Below, one piece after another: positions 10,149 to 20,298 of a stretch of 64,000 bases of DNA (the stretch's first letter is position 1; each line of letters opens with the position of its first letter). Origin of the DNA: Balneola sp. (GTDB taxonomy: Bacteria > Bacteroidota > Rhodothermia > Balneolales > Balneolaceae); assembly GCA_965216175.1 (NCBI GenBank), contig OZ244140.1, forward strand, positions 1,167,126 through 1,231,125, read 5' to 3'. A model generated the notes under the pieces. That model did no database searches. It worked only from the letters and a program-made list of their open reading frames with translations, and was not told the origin of the DNA. Both the position numbers and the translations under genes were made by a program.

Positions 10149-11270
10149 TTAGAATCGACCAATAGAAATTTCATTTGAAATGCTGCCTTCATTTCTAAAA
10201 TAACTTACCAGTTCTTTAGCAATCAAACTGCTGTAGAGAAGACCTTTTGATCCCAGAGCTGTAAATACCGTGCAATTTGGAATGGTTGGATGACTTCCAA
10301 CTATTGGCATTCGATCTCGTGTAGAAGCTCTAATTCCGCTCCACTGACTAATGAGTGTAATTTTGTTTTCTAACTGAGGAATAACACGTAACAACCTATT
10401 TTGAACATAATTAAGACCTTTTTCATCAGTTTTCTCATGATCAAAGTTGTGTTCGTATGTGCTTCCTGCAACAAAAGTTTTTTTATCAATGGAAGCAAAA
10501 TAACCTGTGGCTGATACAGCAGAGTCATAAGGGAACTCATTTTCACATTCGAAAACGGCAACTTGTCCTTTAATAGGATGAATCGGCAGATCTTTCCAAA
10601 AATCAAACTCCTGTGTTTTTATTCCCGCTGTTACTACTAAGTTTTTTATGCTGTACTCGATGTTATGTTCTAACTTTAGATTCCAATTTGATTCCAGCAC
10701 CTTATTTTTTGTAGAGGTCTTCTCTGTTTGAACATCATATTGTGTATGAGTTACTATTTCAACTCCATTACGTACAAGCTTTTTAGCTAAAGCTTTCAGA
10801 TAAACCGGGATTGCAACGGTAGAACCCACTGCAATCCAAACCCCACCATCCTTGCAAGTTAAATTTGGGAAATCCCGCTTTATTTCCTCTTCATCCATCC
10901 AATTGCACCATCCCTTTGGCCAAGCCGCTGTATGGATGTTCTCCTTCATTCTCAGGGCTATTTTAGAGTCCATAGCAGGTCTGATGACTCCATTCGATAC
11001 ATAGTATGTTTCTGATGAGTATTCCGATACATCTTTAAGATTGGCTTTGATTGCATTAACAGATTCTTCGGCTTTCCATGATTTGTTAGCAAAACGCCCG
11101 GTTGCGGGGTTTACCAGGCCTATTGGTGACCCTGACGCACCGGCTCCAATTCCATTTGTATCAACCACTAGAATTTTTGTTTCGATTGATGACTCGGATA
11201 GTTCTTTTGCAAGACTTAGTCCTGCAAGCCCGGCACCCAGAATACAGTAATCAAAGTGTGTATTAGTCAT
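10149..11270 (-). CDS. FAD-dependent oxidoreductase (DAO family, resembles the MnmC oxidase domain)
   Basis: ILGAGLAG FAD motif; KGQV, GIRASTRDRMPIVG and ALGSKGL motifs. Confidence 0.8.
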   Translation of the reverse strand: MTNTHFDYCILGAGLAGLSLAKELSESSIETKILVVDTNGIGAGASGSPIGLVNPATGRFANKSWKAEESVNAIKANLKDVSEYSSETYYVSNGVIRPAMDSKIALRMKENIHTAAWPKGWCNWMDEEEIKRDFPNLTCKDGGVWIAVGSTVAIPVYLKALAKKLVRNGVEIVTHTQYDVQTEKTSTKNKVLESNWNLKLEHNIEYSIKNLVVTAGIKTQEFDFWKDLPIHPIKGQVAVFECENEFPYDSAVSATGYFASIDKKTFVAGSTYEHNFDHEKTDEKGLNYVQNRLLRVIPQLENKITLISQWSGIRASTRDRMPIVGSHPTIPNCTVFTALGSKGLLYSSLIAKELVSYFRNEGSISNEISIGRF

Positions 11271-11889
11271 TAAGAAAAGGGACTAAATATGAGGAGTCAA
11301 TAAATTCGACTCCGGCTTCATACATTTCCTTCATCGCTACATCTACAGAGTTCTCAATATCAATTCCTTTCACTGCGTCATTTACTACATATGTTCTGTA
11401 GCCACACTTTATAGCATCTAAAGCGGTCCATTTCACACAAAAATCAGTTGCTAAACCTGTGATAAAGACTGTTTCAATATTGAGGGAATCTAAATACCCT
11501 TTTAATCCTGTTTTGGTGATCTTGTCATTTTCATAGAAAGCAGAATAAGAATCTATTCCGGGTCTGAATCCCTTTCTGATAATCATGTTTGTATTTTTTG
11601 TTTCCAGATCAGGATGAAATTCAGCTCCTCGGCTTTCCTGAACACAGTGATTTGGCCACAGGATTTGCTCTCCATAATCCATAGAAATTGTTTCATTGGG
11701 TTTTTTACCTTTATGATTTGAAGCAAAGCTGCTATGATTTAATGGATGCCAGTCCTGTGTTTGTACCACACAATCAAAGAAGGGAGTGAGTTGGTTTATA
11801 GAGGCGATAATCTGATCACCATCCGGAATTTCAAGGTTGCCTCCCGGGCAAAAATCATTTTGTACATCAATAACTAGGAGTGCATGCAT
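11263..11889 (-). CDS. pncA: Nicotinamidase/pyrazinamidase
   Basis: IDVQNDFCPGG, DWHP, WPNHCVQ and GLATDFCV motifs. Confidence 0.95.
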   Translation of the reverse strand: MHALLVIDVQNDFCPGGNLEIPDGDQIIASINQLTPFFDCVVQTQDWHPLNHSSFASNHKGKKPNETISMDYGEQILWPNHCVQESRGAEFHPDLETKNTNMIIRKGFRPGIDSYSAFYENDKITKTGLKGYLDSLNIETVFITGLATDFCVKWTALDAIKCGYRTYVVNDAVKGIDIENSVDVAMKEMYEAGVEFIDSSYLVPFLND

Positions 11890-11895
11890 AATTAA

Positions 11896-13302
11896 TTATT
11901 TGGAGTTTTTTTGAATCATTGTATCTCTGAGCGATTTTAGCTCAGTACTAATTCCCACTTTATAAACATGAGGGTTATCAAACCTTTTATATTCAGGACT
12001 GAGTTTTTCAATTTGCTGTCTGAAATATGATCTGCTTTTAGTTGCTGAGCAAATATCATTAATAACTTCACCATTTTCTACAACCTTGGATAACAGAGGT
12101 TCCGACTTTAAATCGATTACTTTAGTTTTCTTGGTAGGTAAGAAGGGATGTTCAATATGAGAAACCGGTTTTTGTTCATTTTGCAAAGAAATTCCATCAG
12201 CATAAAAAGTACCGTCTTCATTGAAATATCTAGTAACATTTTTGATTCCGGGCAAAGTGATCTTTTCCACATTCTCTGAAATCTTAAGTGTCGGCTTATC
12301 ATTTACTGAAGCAAGTTTATATACACCATCCAAAGCTGGATTGTCATAAGCAGTAACAAGTTTTGTGCCTACTCCAAAGATATCAATTGGAGCCTTTTGA
12401 TCCAGTAAACTCTTGATAAGATATTCGTCAAGTTGGTTAGATGCGGCAATCTTTACATGGGGAAAACCGGCAGCATCTAGTTTTTTTCTGGCTTTTTTGG
12501 AGAGATATGCAAGGTCACCGCTATCCAACCGGATCGCTTTAAGCGAATATCCTTTTTCTTTAAGTTCCTGTGCTACTGTTATAGCATTTGGAATTCCTTG
12601 CTCTAGAGTGTCATAAGTATCCACCAACAAAATGGTGTTGTTGGGAAAATGCTCGGCATATGTTCTGAAAGCAGCTAGTTCATTAGGAAAAGATTGTATC
12701 CAGGAATGAGCCATTGTACCGCTCACATTTAATCCGAATTCCATTCCTGCATAAACATTTGAGCTGCCATCAAGTCCTCCGATTACCGCTGCTTTGCTTG
12801 CCTGAATTCCTCCAAAGCCTTGAGAGCGTCGTAGCCCAAAATCCAGAACTAAACGCTCGCCCGCAGCTTGTCTTATTCGTGAAGCTTTGGTAGCAATAAG
12901 AGATTCAAAATTGATAATATTGAGTAAGATTGTTTCAATGATCTGAGTTTCAATAATATTACCTTCTATCCTGAGCAGGGGAGTACTCGCAAATACAATT
13001 TCACCTTCTTTAACAGAATGAATATTGCCGGTAAAACTGAAATTTTTTAAGTAATCGAGAAAGGAATCTTTGAAACCTTGAGTGTGCAGATAATCCAATT
13101 CCTCCTGATGGAACCGGTAACCCTTAATGATTTCTAAAAAATCACTTAATCCTGCAAATACCACATAACCTCCTTTAAAAGGTATTTTCCGAAAAAAGTA
13201 GTCAAAAACAGCTGTTTCATTTTTTCTACCAGACAAATAGTAGCCTTGCGCCATGGTGAGTTCATAGAAATCTGTATATATCGCAGGATAATTTTTTAGC
13301 AT
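11896..13302 (-). CDS. pncB: Nicotinate phosphoribosyltransferase
   Basis: TDFYELTM, DFGLRRSQG, GTMAHSW, LVDTYD and IRLDSGDL motifs; in operon with pncA. Confidence 0.95.
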   Translation of the reverse strand: MLKNYPAIYTDFYELTMAQGYYLSGRKNETAVFDYFFRKIPFKGGYVVFAGLSDFLEIIKGYRFHQEELDYLHTQGFKDSFLDYLKNFSFTGNIHSVKEGEIVFASTPLLRIEGNIIETQIIETILLNIINFESLIATKASRIRQAAGERLVLDFGLRRSQGFGGIQASKAAVIGGLDGSSNVYAGMEFGLNVSGTMAHSWIQSFPNELAAFRTYAEHFPNNTILLVDTYDTLEQGIPNAITVAQELKEKGYSLKAIRLDSGDLAYLSKKARKKLDAAGFPHVKIAASNQLDEYLIKSLLDQKAPIDIFGVGTKLVTAYDNPALDGVYKLASVNDKPTLKISENVEKITLPGIKNVTRYFNEDGTFYADGISLQNEQKPVSHIEHPFLPTKKTKVIDLKSEPLLSKVVENGEVINDICSATKSRSYFRQQIEKLSPEYKRFDNPHVYKVGISTELKSLRDTMIQKNSK

Positions 13303-13328
13303 AGCAGTAGTTAGTTCCTTTCAAAATA

Positions 13329-13360
13329 TAAAAAGGCTTTCAGAAACTGAAAGCCTTTTA
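13329..13360 (-). terminator. Rho-independent terminator downstream of lpoB (possibly bidirectional)
   Basis: AAAAGGCTTTCAG-AAA-CTGAAAGCCTTTT perfect 13-bp stem. Confidence 0.8.
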
Positions 13361-13391
13361 GTACTATAATTTTATCGAAATGAGCTAATAA

Positions 13392-14003
13392 TTAAGGAGT
13401 GCCTCGGTAATTTCTTCGTTCGATCAATTTCTTGATCTTTTTATTGCCGATCCAAACTTTCTGATTTGTTTCTACATTAACGAATTCAAGATTAATGGTA
13501 TAAAAAACAGCCAGAGTTTTATTATCAATAGTTTCATCTACAATGGAATTAATATTTCCGATCATCATAAAATCAGCTCCAAGTTCCTGAGCCATTTTCT
13601 TTGTAGTCTCGTATGAAGCATTTGTTTGTTGATCAAGGCGTTCATCTCTGATTTCCTGCCTTTCTTGCGAACTAGCTACTACAGAAATTTCTCCGGAATT
13701 TACAAACGAACGTTCTAATTCTTTTGTGAAAACTTCAGTATCAATATGTTCCATGCTTTCATTTCTGACTCTTCCAACAATTACAACCGGAGGTTTTTGA
13801 TTGTTTCTGTTAAATTGATTCAACCATGGCTTTGACATCGCATCATCAATCATTTCTTCAGCTACTAATCTGGCGTCTGTGTCATTCCATTTGCCTGATA
13901 GATCAGTGGTGGTTCCGGGATCGATTCTGGACACCTTTTGTGATGGTTTGCAACCTACCAGTAAAAAAGAAACCAGCAGAGTAAGTAATAGTGAGTATTT
14001 CAT
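13392..14003 (-). CDS. lpoB: Penicillin-binding protein activator LpoB-family lipoprotein
   Basis: Lipobox LVGC; TTDLSGKWNDTD, NESMEHIDT and GADFMMIGNINS motifs. Confidence 0.85.
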   Translation of the reverse strand: MKYSLLLTLLVSFLLVGCKPSQKVSRIDPGTTTDLSGKWNDTDARLVAEEMIDDAMSKPWLNQFNRNNQKPPVVIVGRVRNESMEHIDTEVFTKELERSFVNSGEISVVASSQERQEIRDERLDQQTNASYETTKKMAQELGADFMMIGNINSIVDETIDNKTLAVFYTINLEFVNVETNQKVWIGNKKIKKLIERRNYRGTP

Positions 14004-14033
14004 AGCAATTGAGTTTTGTTTAAAGTTAATTTG

Positions 14034-15398
14034 TTAATTCGAATAGATAGATTCAATCAATTCTAATTCTGTATTTGGAGTAATTTTAATTTCAAATTCG
14101 TCAAAATATAATGTTCTGCCTCTGTCGCTCATATATTCCAACCGAACGGTATGTGTTCCAACAGGAAGTTTAACTACTTCCATCCATGCTTTCCCGGGCA
14201 TTGTTTGCCAAGCTCTTAAGTCGGCTTTTTCAGTGGCTTCTTGGCTTATAAAACCCAGGAACTTTAAAAAATCACCTAAACCTTCATTTTTTTTCCCAAC
14301 AATTTCTGAGATCAATTTTGTTCCAACTGCTTTTGTACTCGCACGAACCAATGCTCTGGAATATATAATAGGTTGTTTCGCTTTATAAACCTCTGCTGAA
14401 ATTTTGTCCATTTCTTCAATCAGATATAAAGGAATCCTCAATGAATCGTTGACAACAGCTCGAACGTAATCAACATTAGATCGATGTGTTTCTAAAACGG
14501 GGAATGAAAATTTAAGATAAAATTCGTTGTCTTTTTTATCATCATAATCGTCAAAAAAAAGCCTGACATCTTCCTGAACTTTATAAGGAGCTTGCCCGGT
14601 AAACCCTGTTAATAGCACATTATATGAATTGGCATCTCTAAGATGCTTAAAATCTTCATCTCTGTTTTTATTGTATGAAGATATTGAAGCCTGTTCACGA
14701 AGAGCAATATTGAGTTTCTCCTGTTCAATACGAGCATCGTCGAAGTCTCCGGCTTTTGCATATAAAACTGTAGCTAAATAGTGACTAAGGGCGCTGTTCT
14801 GAATATTGATATCACCGGTTTTCCACTCAGCTTTATTTGTCGAGTCTGACTTTGAAAAGGCTTCAGCCAGTCCTTTTATTTTGATATCCAGCTGTTCCAT
14901 CTTATAAGTCATTCTTCTGGTCTCAACTAAAGCTGCTTCCCAATCTTTAAGATGCATATAATTCAAAGCTTTAAAAGTATTGAGATAAAGATCTTCATAA
15001 GGTTCACCATCATATACCAACTTATTGTCGTTAGTTAAGAATGAACCAATTCCGCGACTAATACTTTTTGTATAATTTTCATCGATCTCGTTTTCAGCAG
15101 CTGTAAAGAACACACTACTGGAATCATATTTTCCCGAAAAGTGATAAATGATTCCGCTTTCAAGATTATAAAGCACAGCATCTTTTGACCTGTAGATGTC
15201 TTTCTTTTTGAATTTTTTAAGTAGTTCTTCAGAATACTGATAATCTCCCGCTGTAAAACTATCTCTGAGGTCAAATTGGGCATCATCTAATACATAAGAG
15301 TGGCAGCCAATGCTAAGAATTCCAAAAATATAAAGAATGATAAAGCTGCTCAGTTTCACAGGCAGAAGTATTTTTATATGTTTTTGTATTAGATGCAA
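14034..15398 (-). CDS. COG3014-like TPR lipoprotein (typical LpoB partner)
   Basis: SIGC lipobox; YDGEPYE, ALVETRR and EKADLRAWQTMP motifs; directly upstream of lpoB. Confidence 0.75.
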   Translation of the reverse strand: MHLIQKHIKILLPVKLSSFIILYIFGILSIGCHSYVLDDAQFDLRDSFTAGDYQYSEELLKKFKKKDIYRSKDAVLYNLESGIIYHFSGKYDSSSVFFTAAENEIDENYTKSISRGIGSFLTNDNKLVYDGEPYEDLYLNTFKALNYMHLKDWEAALVETRRMTYKMEQLDIKIKGLAEAFSKSDSTNKAEWKTGDINIQNSALSHYLATVLYAKAGDFDDARIEQEKLNIALREQASISSYNKNRDEDFKHLRDANSYNVLLTGFTGQAPYKVQEDVRLFFDDYDDKKDNEFYLKFSFPVLETHRSNVDYVRAVVNDSLRIPLYLIEEMDKISAEVYKAKQPIIYSRALVRASTKAVGTKLISEIVGKKNEGLGDFLKFLGFISQEATEKADLRAWQTMPGKAWMEVVKLPVGTHTVRLEYMSDRGRTLYFDEFEIKITPNTELELIESIYSN

Positions 15399-15473
15399 TC
15401 TATTTAAAATAAGTTGTTGTTCGCTTAGTATATTTGTTGAAAATAATCATTGAATCTATAGTACGCTAAATCT

Positions 15474-17087
15474 TTGAGATTGATATATCACATAAACGTG
15501 TTACTCGTTGTAACTTTTTTTCTATCATGTGCAACACCAACTGCTCCAACCGGAGGTCCTCCGGATAAAGTTGGTCCAAATATAGAAGAAACTTCACCAA
15601 AAACAGGAACTGTAAATTATAAAGGCAGATCTTTTAGTTTTGAGTTTTCTGAGTTTGTTAACCGATCTTCATTCGAAAAAGAATTGACTATTGAACCTGA
15701 ATTAGGCCTTGATTACAAAGTAAAGTGGAAACGTAAAACTGCAACGGTAGAATTTGAAGAAGAACTCCCCGATTCAACAACTATCATAGTAACTGTTGGA
15801 GGAAAAACCTCAGATACAAGAGGGAATGGCATTGGCGCTCCCAAGCAGTTAGCTATTTCAACCGGAGATAAGATTGATGAAGGTGAAATTTTTGGGAGAA
15901 TCAGAAATGCAGAAACAGGAAAGCCACAAACAAGTGTAAAGGTGTTATTGTACAGGGAGCCTGTAAATTTCGATAATAGAGCAACTTATTCAGCTGAACC
16001 GGATACGGGAGGTTCTTTTAAATTTGGGTATTTAAGAGAAGGGGGATACAGAGCAATTATTCTGGATGATAGAAACAGGAATAAAATCTGGGATAAAGAA
16101 AATGAAACCGCACTCCCCTTTAATAAAGAATATGTAAAATTAGAAGAAAATGGAAAAGATACTTTGGATGTAGCATATTGGTTTCAAGCAGATACAACCA
16201 GTCCAAAATTACAAGCAGTTGGGCTCTTATCTTCACAAAGGCTGAGACTAAGATTTAGTGAAGAAGTTCGTTTTACCTCCTCCACAAATATTACAGTTCT
16301 CGATTCACTCGGTAATTTCCACACTACCGCGTATCCTTTATATATTCCTGAGAAAGAATCTTTTCTTGCTTTTGCATACGCAAATAAACCACTTAAAGCT
16401 GATAGTAGTTACTCAATAGATATTTCAAATATTTTTGATGAATCCGGGAATGAAGCAATAGATCTGCAAGAGTCATTTTTAGGAAGCAATCAGGATGATA
16501 CAGTAACTCAGGATATACTCACTTTTAATGGTGAAAATGGCCTTTTTCCTGATCAAAACCTTGAAGTAGAATTTATTCGGCCGATTACTGAACCGGAGAT
16601 CCTGGATTCATCCGTTGTAGTAGAAGGGGAGGTTGACTTTAAAAATTGGCCCAACATGTCTGTTTTGGATAATAAGCTCACAATATCTCCACAGGGAAAT
16701 TGGTTAGAAGGCGTTGATTATAGATTTCTGATCTGGAATCCTAAAACCAGAAGGCGACAGTTGTTGAATCCAAATATTTGGGACGCAGTAAATTTTGGTG
16801 GGGTAGAAGTGGAAGTTTTATCTGAGGATACAACTGACGTATTTACTTTTAAATTATTTGATGATAATAGTACTTTTGAAATTGATACTACTTTTAACGA
16901 GCGTATTACAATTGATGATATTCCTCCAATTGAATATACTTTGGTGATATATAATGATGTTAATCGGAATGGTATATGGGATTTTGGAGAAATATCTCCC
17001 TTTGTAAAACCCGAGCCTTACTACATTCAACAAAGATTAAAGATACAGCAAGGATTTACTTCAGAAATTAAAATAGATTTTAGATAA
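15474..17087 (+). CDS. Ig-like (Big_5) domain lipoprotein
   Basis: LSCATPTAPTGGPPDKVGP N-terminus typical of this conserved Bacteroidota lipoprotein; TTG start. Confidence 0.75.
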   Translation: MRLIYHINVLLVVTFFLSCATPTAPTGGPPDKVGPNIEETSPKTGTVNYKGRSFSFEFSEFVNRSSFEKELTIEPELGLDYKVKWKRKTATVEFEEELPDSTTIIVTVGGKTSDTRGNGIGAPKQLAISTGDKIDEGEIFGRIRNAETGKPQTSVKVLLYREPVNFDNRATYSAEPDTGGSFKFGYLREGGYRAIILDDRNRNKIWDKENETALPFNKEYVKLEENGKDTLDVAYWFQADTTSPKLQAVGLLSSQRLRLRFSEEVRFTSSTNITVLDSLGNFHTTAYPLYIPEKESFLAFAYANKPLKADSSYSIDISNIFDESGNEAIDLQESFLGSNQDDTVTQDILTFNGENGLFPDQNLEVEFIRPITEPEILDSSVVVEGEVDFKNWPNMSVLDNKLTISPQGNWLEGVDYRFLIWNPKTRRRQLLNPNIWDAVNFGGVEVEVLSEDTTDVFTFKLFDDNSTFEIDTTFNERITIDDIPPIEYTLVIYNDVNRNGIWDFGEISPFVKPEPYYIQQRLKIQQGFTSEIKIDFR

Positions 17088-17947
17088 TGGACGCAATTAG
17101 AAATTTAATTCCTGAGCAATACCTTTTATTGATCTCTATTGGTGTGATCATGGGTTTAACCTTTTTAGCGGGATTGGTTTCTGCTAGTTTATTCCGGAGA
17201 GCTATTAAGCGTTCAGAAATGGAAGAAGGACATTCAGATCTGACGAATTTGAAATTCCTGAAAAGAGGCGTTACTGTACTTATTTATCTTATTGGGATTG
17301 GAGTTTCAATTTATATTATTCCTGAGCTTAGAGGCATTGCCAAGGGTATGTTTGCAAGTGCAGGATTATTAGCTATTGCAGTTGGTTTTGCTGCTCAGCA
17401 AGCGTTAGCAAATATTGTGAGCGGTGTTTTTATAGTGATCTTTAAACCATATAAGATCGGTGATAGAATTTTAGTGAGAACAGATCTAAATGGAGTAGTT
17501 GAGGATATAAACCTCCGTCACACGGTAATCAGGAATTTTGAAAACAAACGAATTATCATTCCAAATTCTGTTATCAGTAATGAAGTACTGATTAATTCTA
17601 ATTACACCGACAGCAAGATCATAAAATGGATAGATATGAGCATCAGCTACGACTCTGATCTGGATTTGGCCCGAGTAATAATGACAGAAGAAGTTGAAAG
17701 CCATCCTAATTTTATAGATGGAAGAACACAACTTCAAATTGATGAGGGAGATCCCTTGGTTCCTGTTCGGCTTATTTCGTTTGGGGAATCATCTGTAAAT
17801 CTACGAGCGTGGGCGTGGGCAGAAGATCCGGGGAAAGCTTTTGTAATGGGAACTGATCTTAACGAAAGCATTAAAAAGCGATTCGATAAAGAAGGAATAG
17901 AAATTCCATTTCCATACAGAACATTGGTTTATAAAGAAAAAAATTAA
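17087..17947 (+). CDS. mscS: Small-conductance mechanosensitive channel
   Basis: VGFAAQQALANIVSG, PYKIGD, IIIPNS and GIEIPFP motifs. Confidence 0.92.
   Translation: MDAIRNLIPEQYLLLISIGVIMGLTFLAGLVSASLFRRAIKRSEMEEGHSDLTNLKFLKRGVTVLIYLIGIGVSIYIIPELRGIAKGMFASAGLLAIAVGFAAQQALANIVSGVFIVIFKPYKIGDRILVRTDLNGVVEDINLRHTVIRNFENKRIIIPNSVISNEVLINSNYTDSKIIKWIDMSISYDSDLDLARVIMTEEVESHPNFIDGRTQLQIDEGDPLVPVRLISFGESSVNLRAWAWAEDPGKAFVMGTDLNESIKKRFDKEGIEIPFPYRTLVYKEKN
17642..17937 (+). repeat. 296-bp direct repeat, copy 1 (3' part of mscS)
   Basis: Matches 20457-20752 with 4 substitutions (read by eye). Confidence 0.95.
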
Positions 17948-17956
17948 TTTTTTTAA

Positions 17957-18160
17957 AAAAGACTAACCGCTCTAATTATTCTAAGTGCTTTTATTTTCTC
18001 ATTAATGGTAACTCAGCAAGACGCATATGCCTTTCGGGACGTTGAGTGTGATTCTCCTGTTTCGTGCGAAGGAGGGGAGGTATACCCATTTTTATGTTCG
18101 GCTGATATTTGCGATAATAGAGATGGAAGTACATGTGCTATTTGTATTGGTGACAGCTAA
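17957..18160 (+). CDS. Unannotated small secreted Cys-rich peptide (start codon uncertain or lost)
   Basis: Open frame KRLTALIILSAFIFSLMVTQQDAYA|FRDVECDSPVSCEGGEVYPFLCSADICDNRDGSTCAICIGDS*: signal-peptide-like leader ending AYA, then a 42-aa mature part with 6 Cys. An in-frame TAA precedes it and the only ATG is at 18005. Confidence 0.7.
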   Translation, partial: KRLTALIILSAFIFSLMVTQQDAYAFRDVECDSPVSCEGGEVYPFLCSADICDNRDGSTCAICIGDS

Positions 18161-18169
18161 AATCAAAAT

Positions 18170-18199
18170 TAAGTAGCTAAGGAAAACCTTAGCTACTTA
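18170..18199 (+). terminator. Intergenic 13-bp hairpin between peptide gene and propeller gene
   Basis: TAAGTAGCTAAGG-AAAA-CCTTAGCTACTTA. Confidence 0.7.
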
Positions 18200-18217
18200 T
18201 TTATTAATCAATTTATA

Positions 18218-19234
18218 ATGAACTTCAGATACTTAATATTAATAATTTTAGTCTTAGTTAGCATTAGCTGTTCTAATAACAAATCTCAAGATAACTCAAG
18301 TAATGATATAGGTTTCAAGGTTTCCTCAGATACTTTACTAACAATATATGATGTAGAGAAAGATTCAATATTAGTAGGTTCTGCGAGAGCTATTGCACTG
18401 GGTACAGAAGGAGATATTTATGTTTTAGATAACAGAAGTAATAAGGTTTTTCGATTTGATAGTATTGGCGCGTTCAAGATGCAATACATATACAATCCTG
18501 GACGGGGACCAGGCGAAATTAACAAACCTAATTCTTTGTTCGTAGATGAGAATAGTTATCTATATCTAACAGATCGTGACAAAAGAAAATTTTTTGTATT
18601 CAATGAAAGAGGCGAATTATTTGCAGAAAAAAAAATAGACTTGATGCCCTCAAAAATTTCTGCTTTTGATACATCAAAAGTATTTATAACTGGATTTAGA
18701 TTTACATTTCAAGATTCCAATATTGTGCAAACATACGAATTGAAAAATTCGGAGTATATAAAACAAGGATCTTTTGGAATAAGAACACCAGTGGAAAATG
18801 AATTAATGGTAAATATGAGTGGCTATTCCGACTTTATTGATGTTGTTGAAAAAAGAATTATTCTAAATAGATTTTACCCCTACCACTTTGAAGTATATGA
18901 TGAAAATTTAATTCTGATACATCAAGAACGAAAAGAACATAGCCAATTTACAGCTCCGTTTAGAGAAGACGGTCTTATAAATTTCAAATCAGTCGGTAGA
19001 GAAATCTTGATTTTAAAAGATTGGGTTCTAGTTCGGTATTTGATTGAAGGAAAAAGCTATTTCGATTTTTACAATAAAGATTTTGAATTAATTAGAACAA
19101 ATTCAGCAGAAGAACTTGGTATGAAGGGAGGGGGGAAGTATTTCGCTAGTTATTCCAAAAAAAACCAAGTTTTAGTTATTTACGAAGATCCGTTATTTAA
19201 CGTAATGAGATATGGCTTTGAAAAAAATAATTGA
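18218..19234 (+). CDS. 6-bladed beta-propeller (NHL/TolB-like) lipoprotein
   Basis: Lipobox ISC; IYVLDNRSNKVFRFD and GRGPGEINKP NHL-type motifs. Confidence 0.8.
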   Translation: MNFRYLILIILVLVSISCSNNKSQDNSSNDIGFKVSSDTLLTIYDVEKDSILVGSARAIALGTEGDIYVLDNRSNKVFRFDSIGAFKMQYIYNPGRGPGEINKPNSLFVDENSYLYLTDRDKRKFFVFNERGELFAEKKIDLMPSKISAFDTSKVFITGFRFTFQDSNIVQTYELKNSEYIKQGSFGIRTPVENELMVNMSGYSDFIDVVEKRIILNRFYPYHFEVYDENLILIHQERKEHSQFTAPFREDGLINFKSVGREILILKDWVLVRYLIEGKSYFDFYNKDFELIRTNSAEELGMKGGGKYFASYSKKNQVLVIYEDPLFNVMRYGFEKNN

Positions 19235-19563
19235 TATTTAGTCAATAGAAAGATTAATAGGGTTATTTCTTTTTATATCGGCTCTTGCTAAACTGTTGGA
19301 ACCTCAACCATTTTCGGATTTATTGATCAGCTAAATATAAATAACAAAGAGAGTTTCGCTTAGTTTAATAGTTTTTTTGAAATTTCATTGGGAGCTCTAG
19401 ATATAATTGGGTTCTATAAAAAAAATGTTTTTTTATTATTTGGTATTTTATTTTTCATTTTATACACTTTTATGCGTTTAGTTTTAAAGGGATTACATCC
19501 TGTGGTTGTTTCGGAGAGATGTTTTTAAGCGATGTTGGTATTCGATCAATCCTTTTAAATTTA

Positions 19564-20298
19564 GGGTCAAGACAACTTAAAGTAATTTAAAAATCCGTAA
19601 GTTGTTGTATGCCATTACGTAACAAGTATATTATTCGTTCACGAATTTCTGAGGCTAAATTCAGACAGATTTTACGTCTTTTTTGCTTGGATCTTACCGC
19701 TACTCAAATCGCTGCTATCACCGGAGTTTCACGAAATTCTATCAACAAATATCTGAAAGGCATCCGAGTAAGAATGGCTCATTATTGTGAATCTGTATCT
19801 CCGGTAGGTGGTCAGGTTGAAGTGGATGAATCATTCTTTGGAGCTCGCCGGGTAAAAGGAAAAAGAGGGAGAGGAGCGTATGGAAAGACGATTGTGTTTG
19901 GCTTGTATAAGCGCCAGGGAAACGTATACACCGAAATTGTAGCTGACGCCTCAAAAAAGACCTTGCAAGCCATTATACGAGGAAAAGTAACCGTAGACAG
20001 CGTTATTCATTCTGATGGCTGGAGGGGCTATAACGGACTTGTAGATGTAGGCTATGCCAAACACTTTCGAGTAGATCATGGCAGGAATGAGTTTGCGACC
20101 GCTCAAAGTCATATTAATGGAATTGAAGGCTTCTGGGGGTTTGCCAAAACCAGGCTTACCAAGTGTCGGGGAATGCATCCTGCTACCTTTTATCTACACT
20201 TGAAGGAATGTGAATTCCGGTTCAATTATCGTAAAGAAAATATCTATCCAAAATTATTATATTTAATCCGTAACAGTCCGCTTAAGTTGTCTTGACCC
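19564..20298 (+). mobile_element. IS1595-family insertion sequence (IS1016-like), 735 bp
   Basis: Perfect 17-bp terminal inverted repeats GGGTCAAGACAACTTAA; 8-bp target duplication TAAATTTA at 19556-19563 and 20299-20306. Confidence 0.95.
19609..20295 (+). CDS. IS1595-family DDE transposase
   Basis: VEVDESFFG, IHSDGWRGY, HINGIEGFW and YLHLKECEFRFN motifs; stop codon lies inside the right TIR. Confidence 0.95.
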   Translation: MPLRNKYIIRSRISEAKFRQILRLFCLDLTATQIAAITGVSRNSINKYLKGIRVRMAHYCESVSPVGGQVEVDESFFGARRVKGKRGRGAYGKTIVFGLYKRQGNVYTEIVADASKKTLQAIIRGKVTVDSVIHSDGWRGYNGLVDVGYAKHFRVDHGRNEFATAQSHINGIEGFWGFAKTRLTKCRGMHPATFYLHLKECEFRFNYRKENIYPKLLYLIRNSPLKLS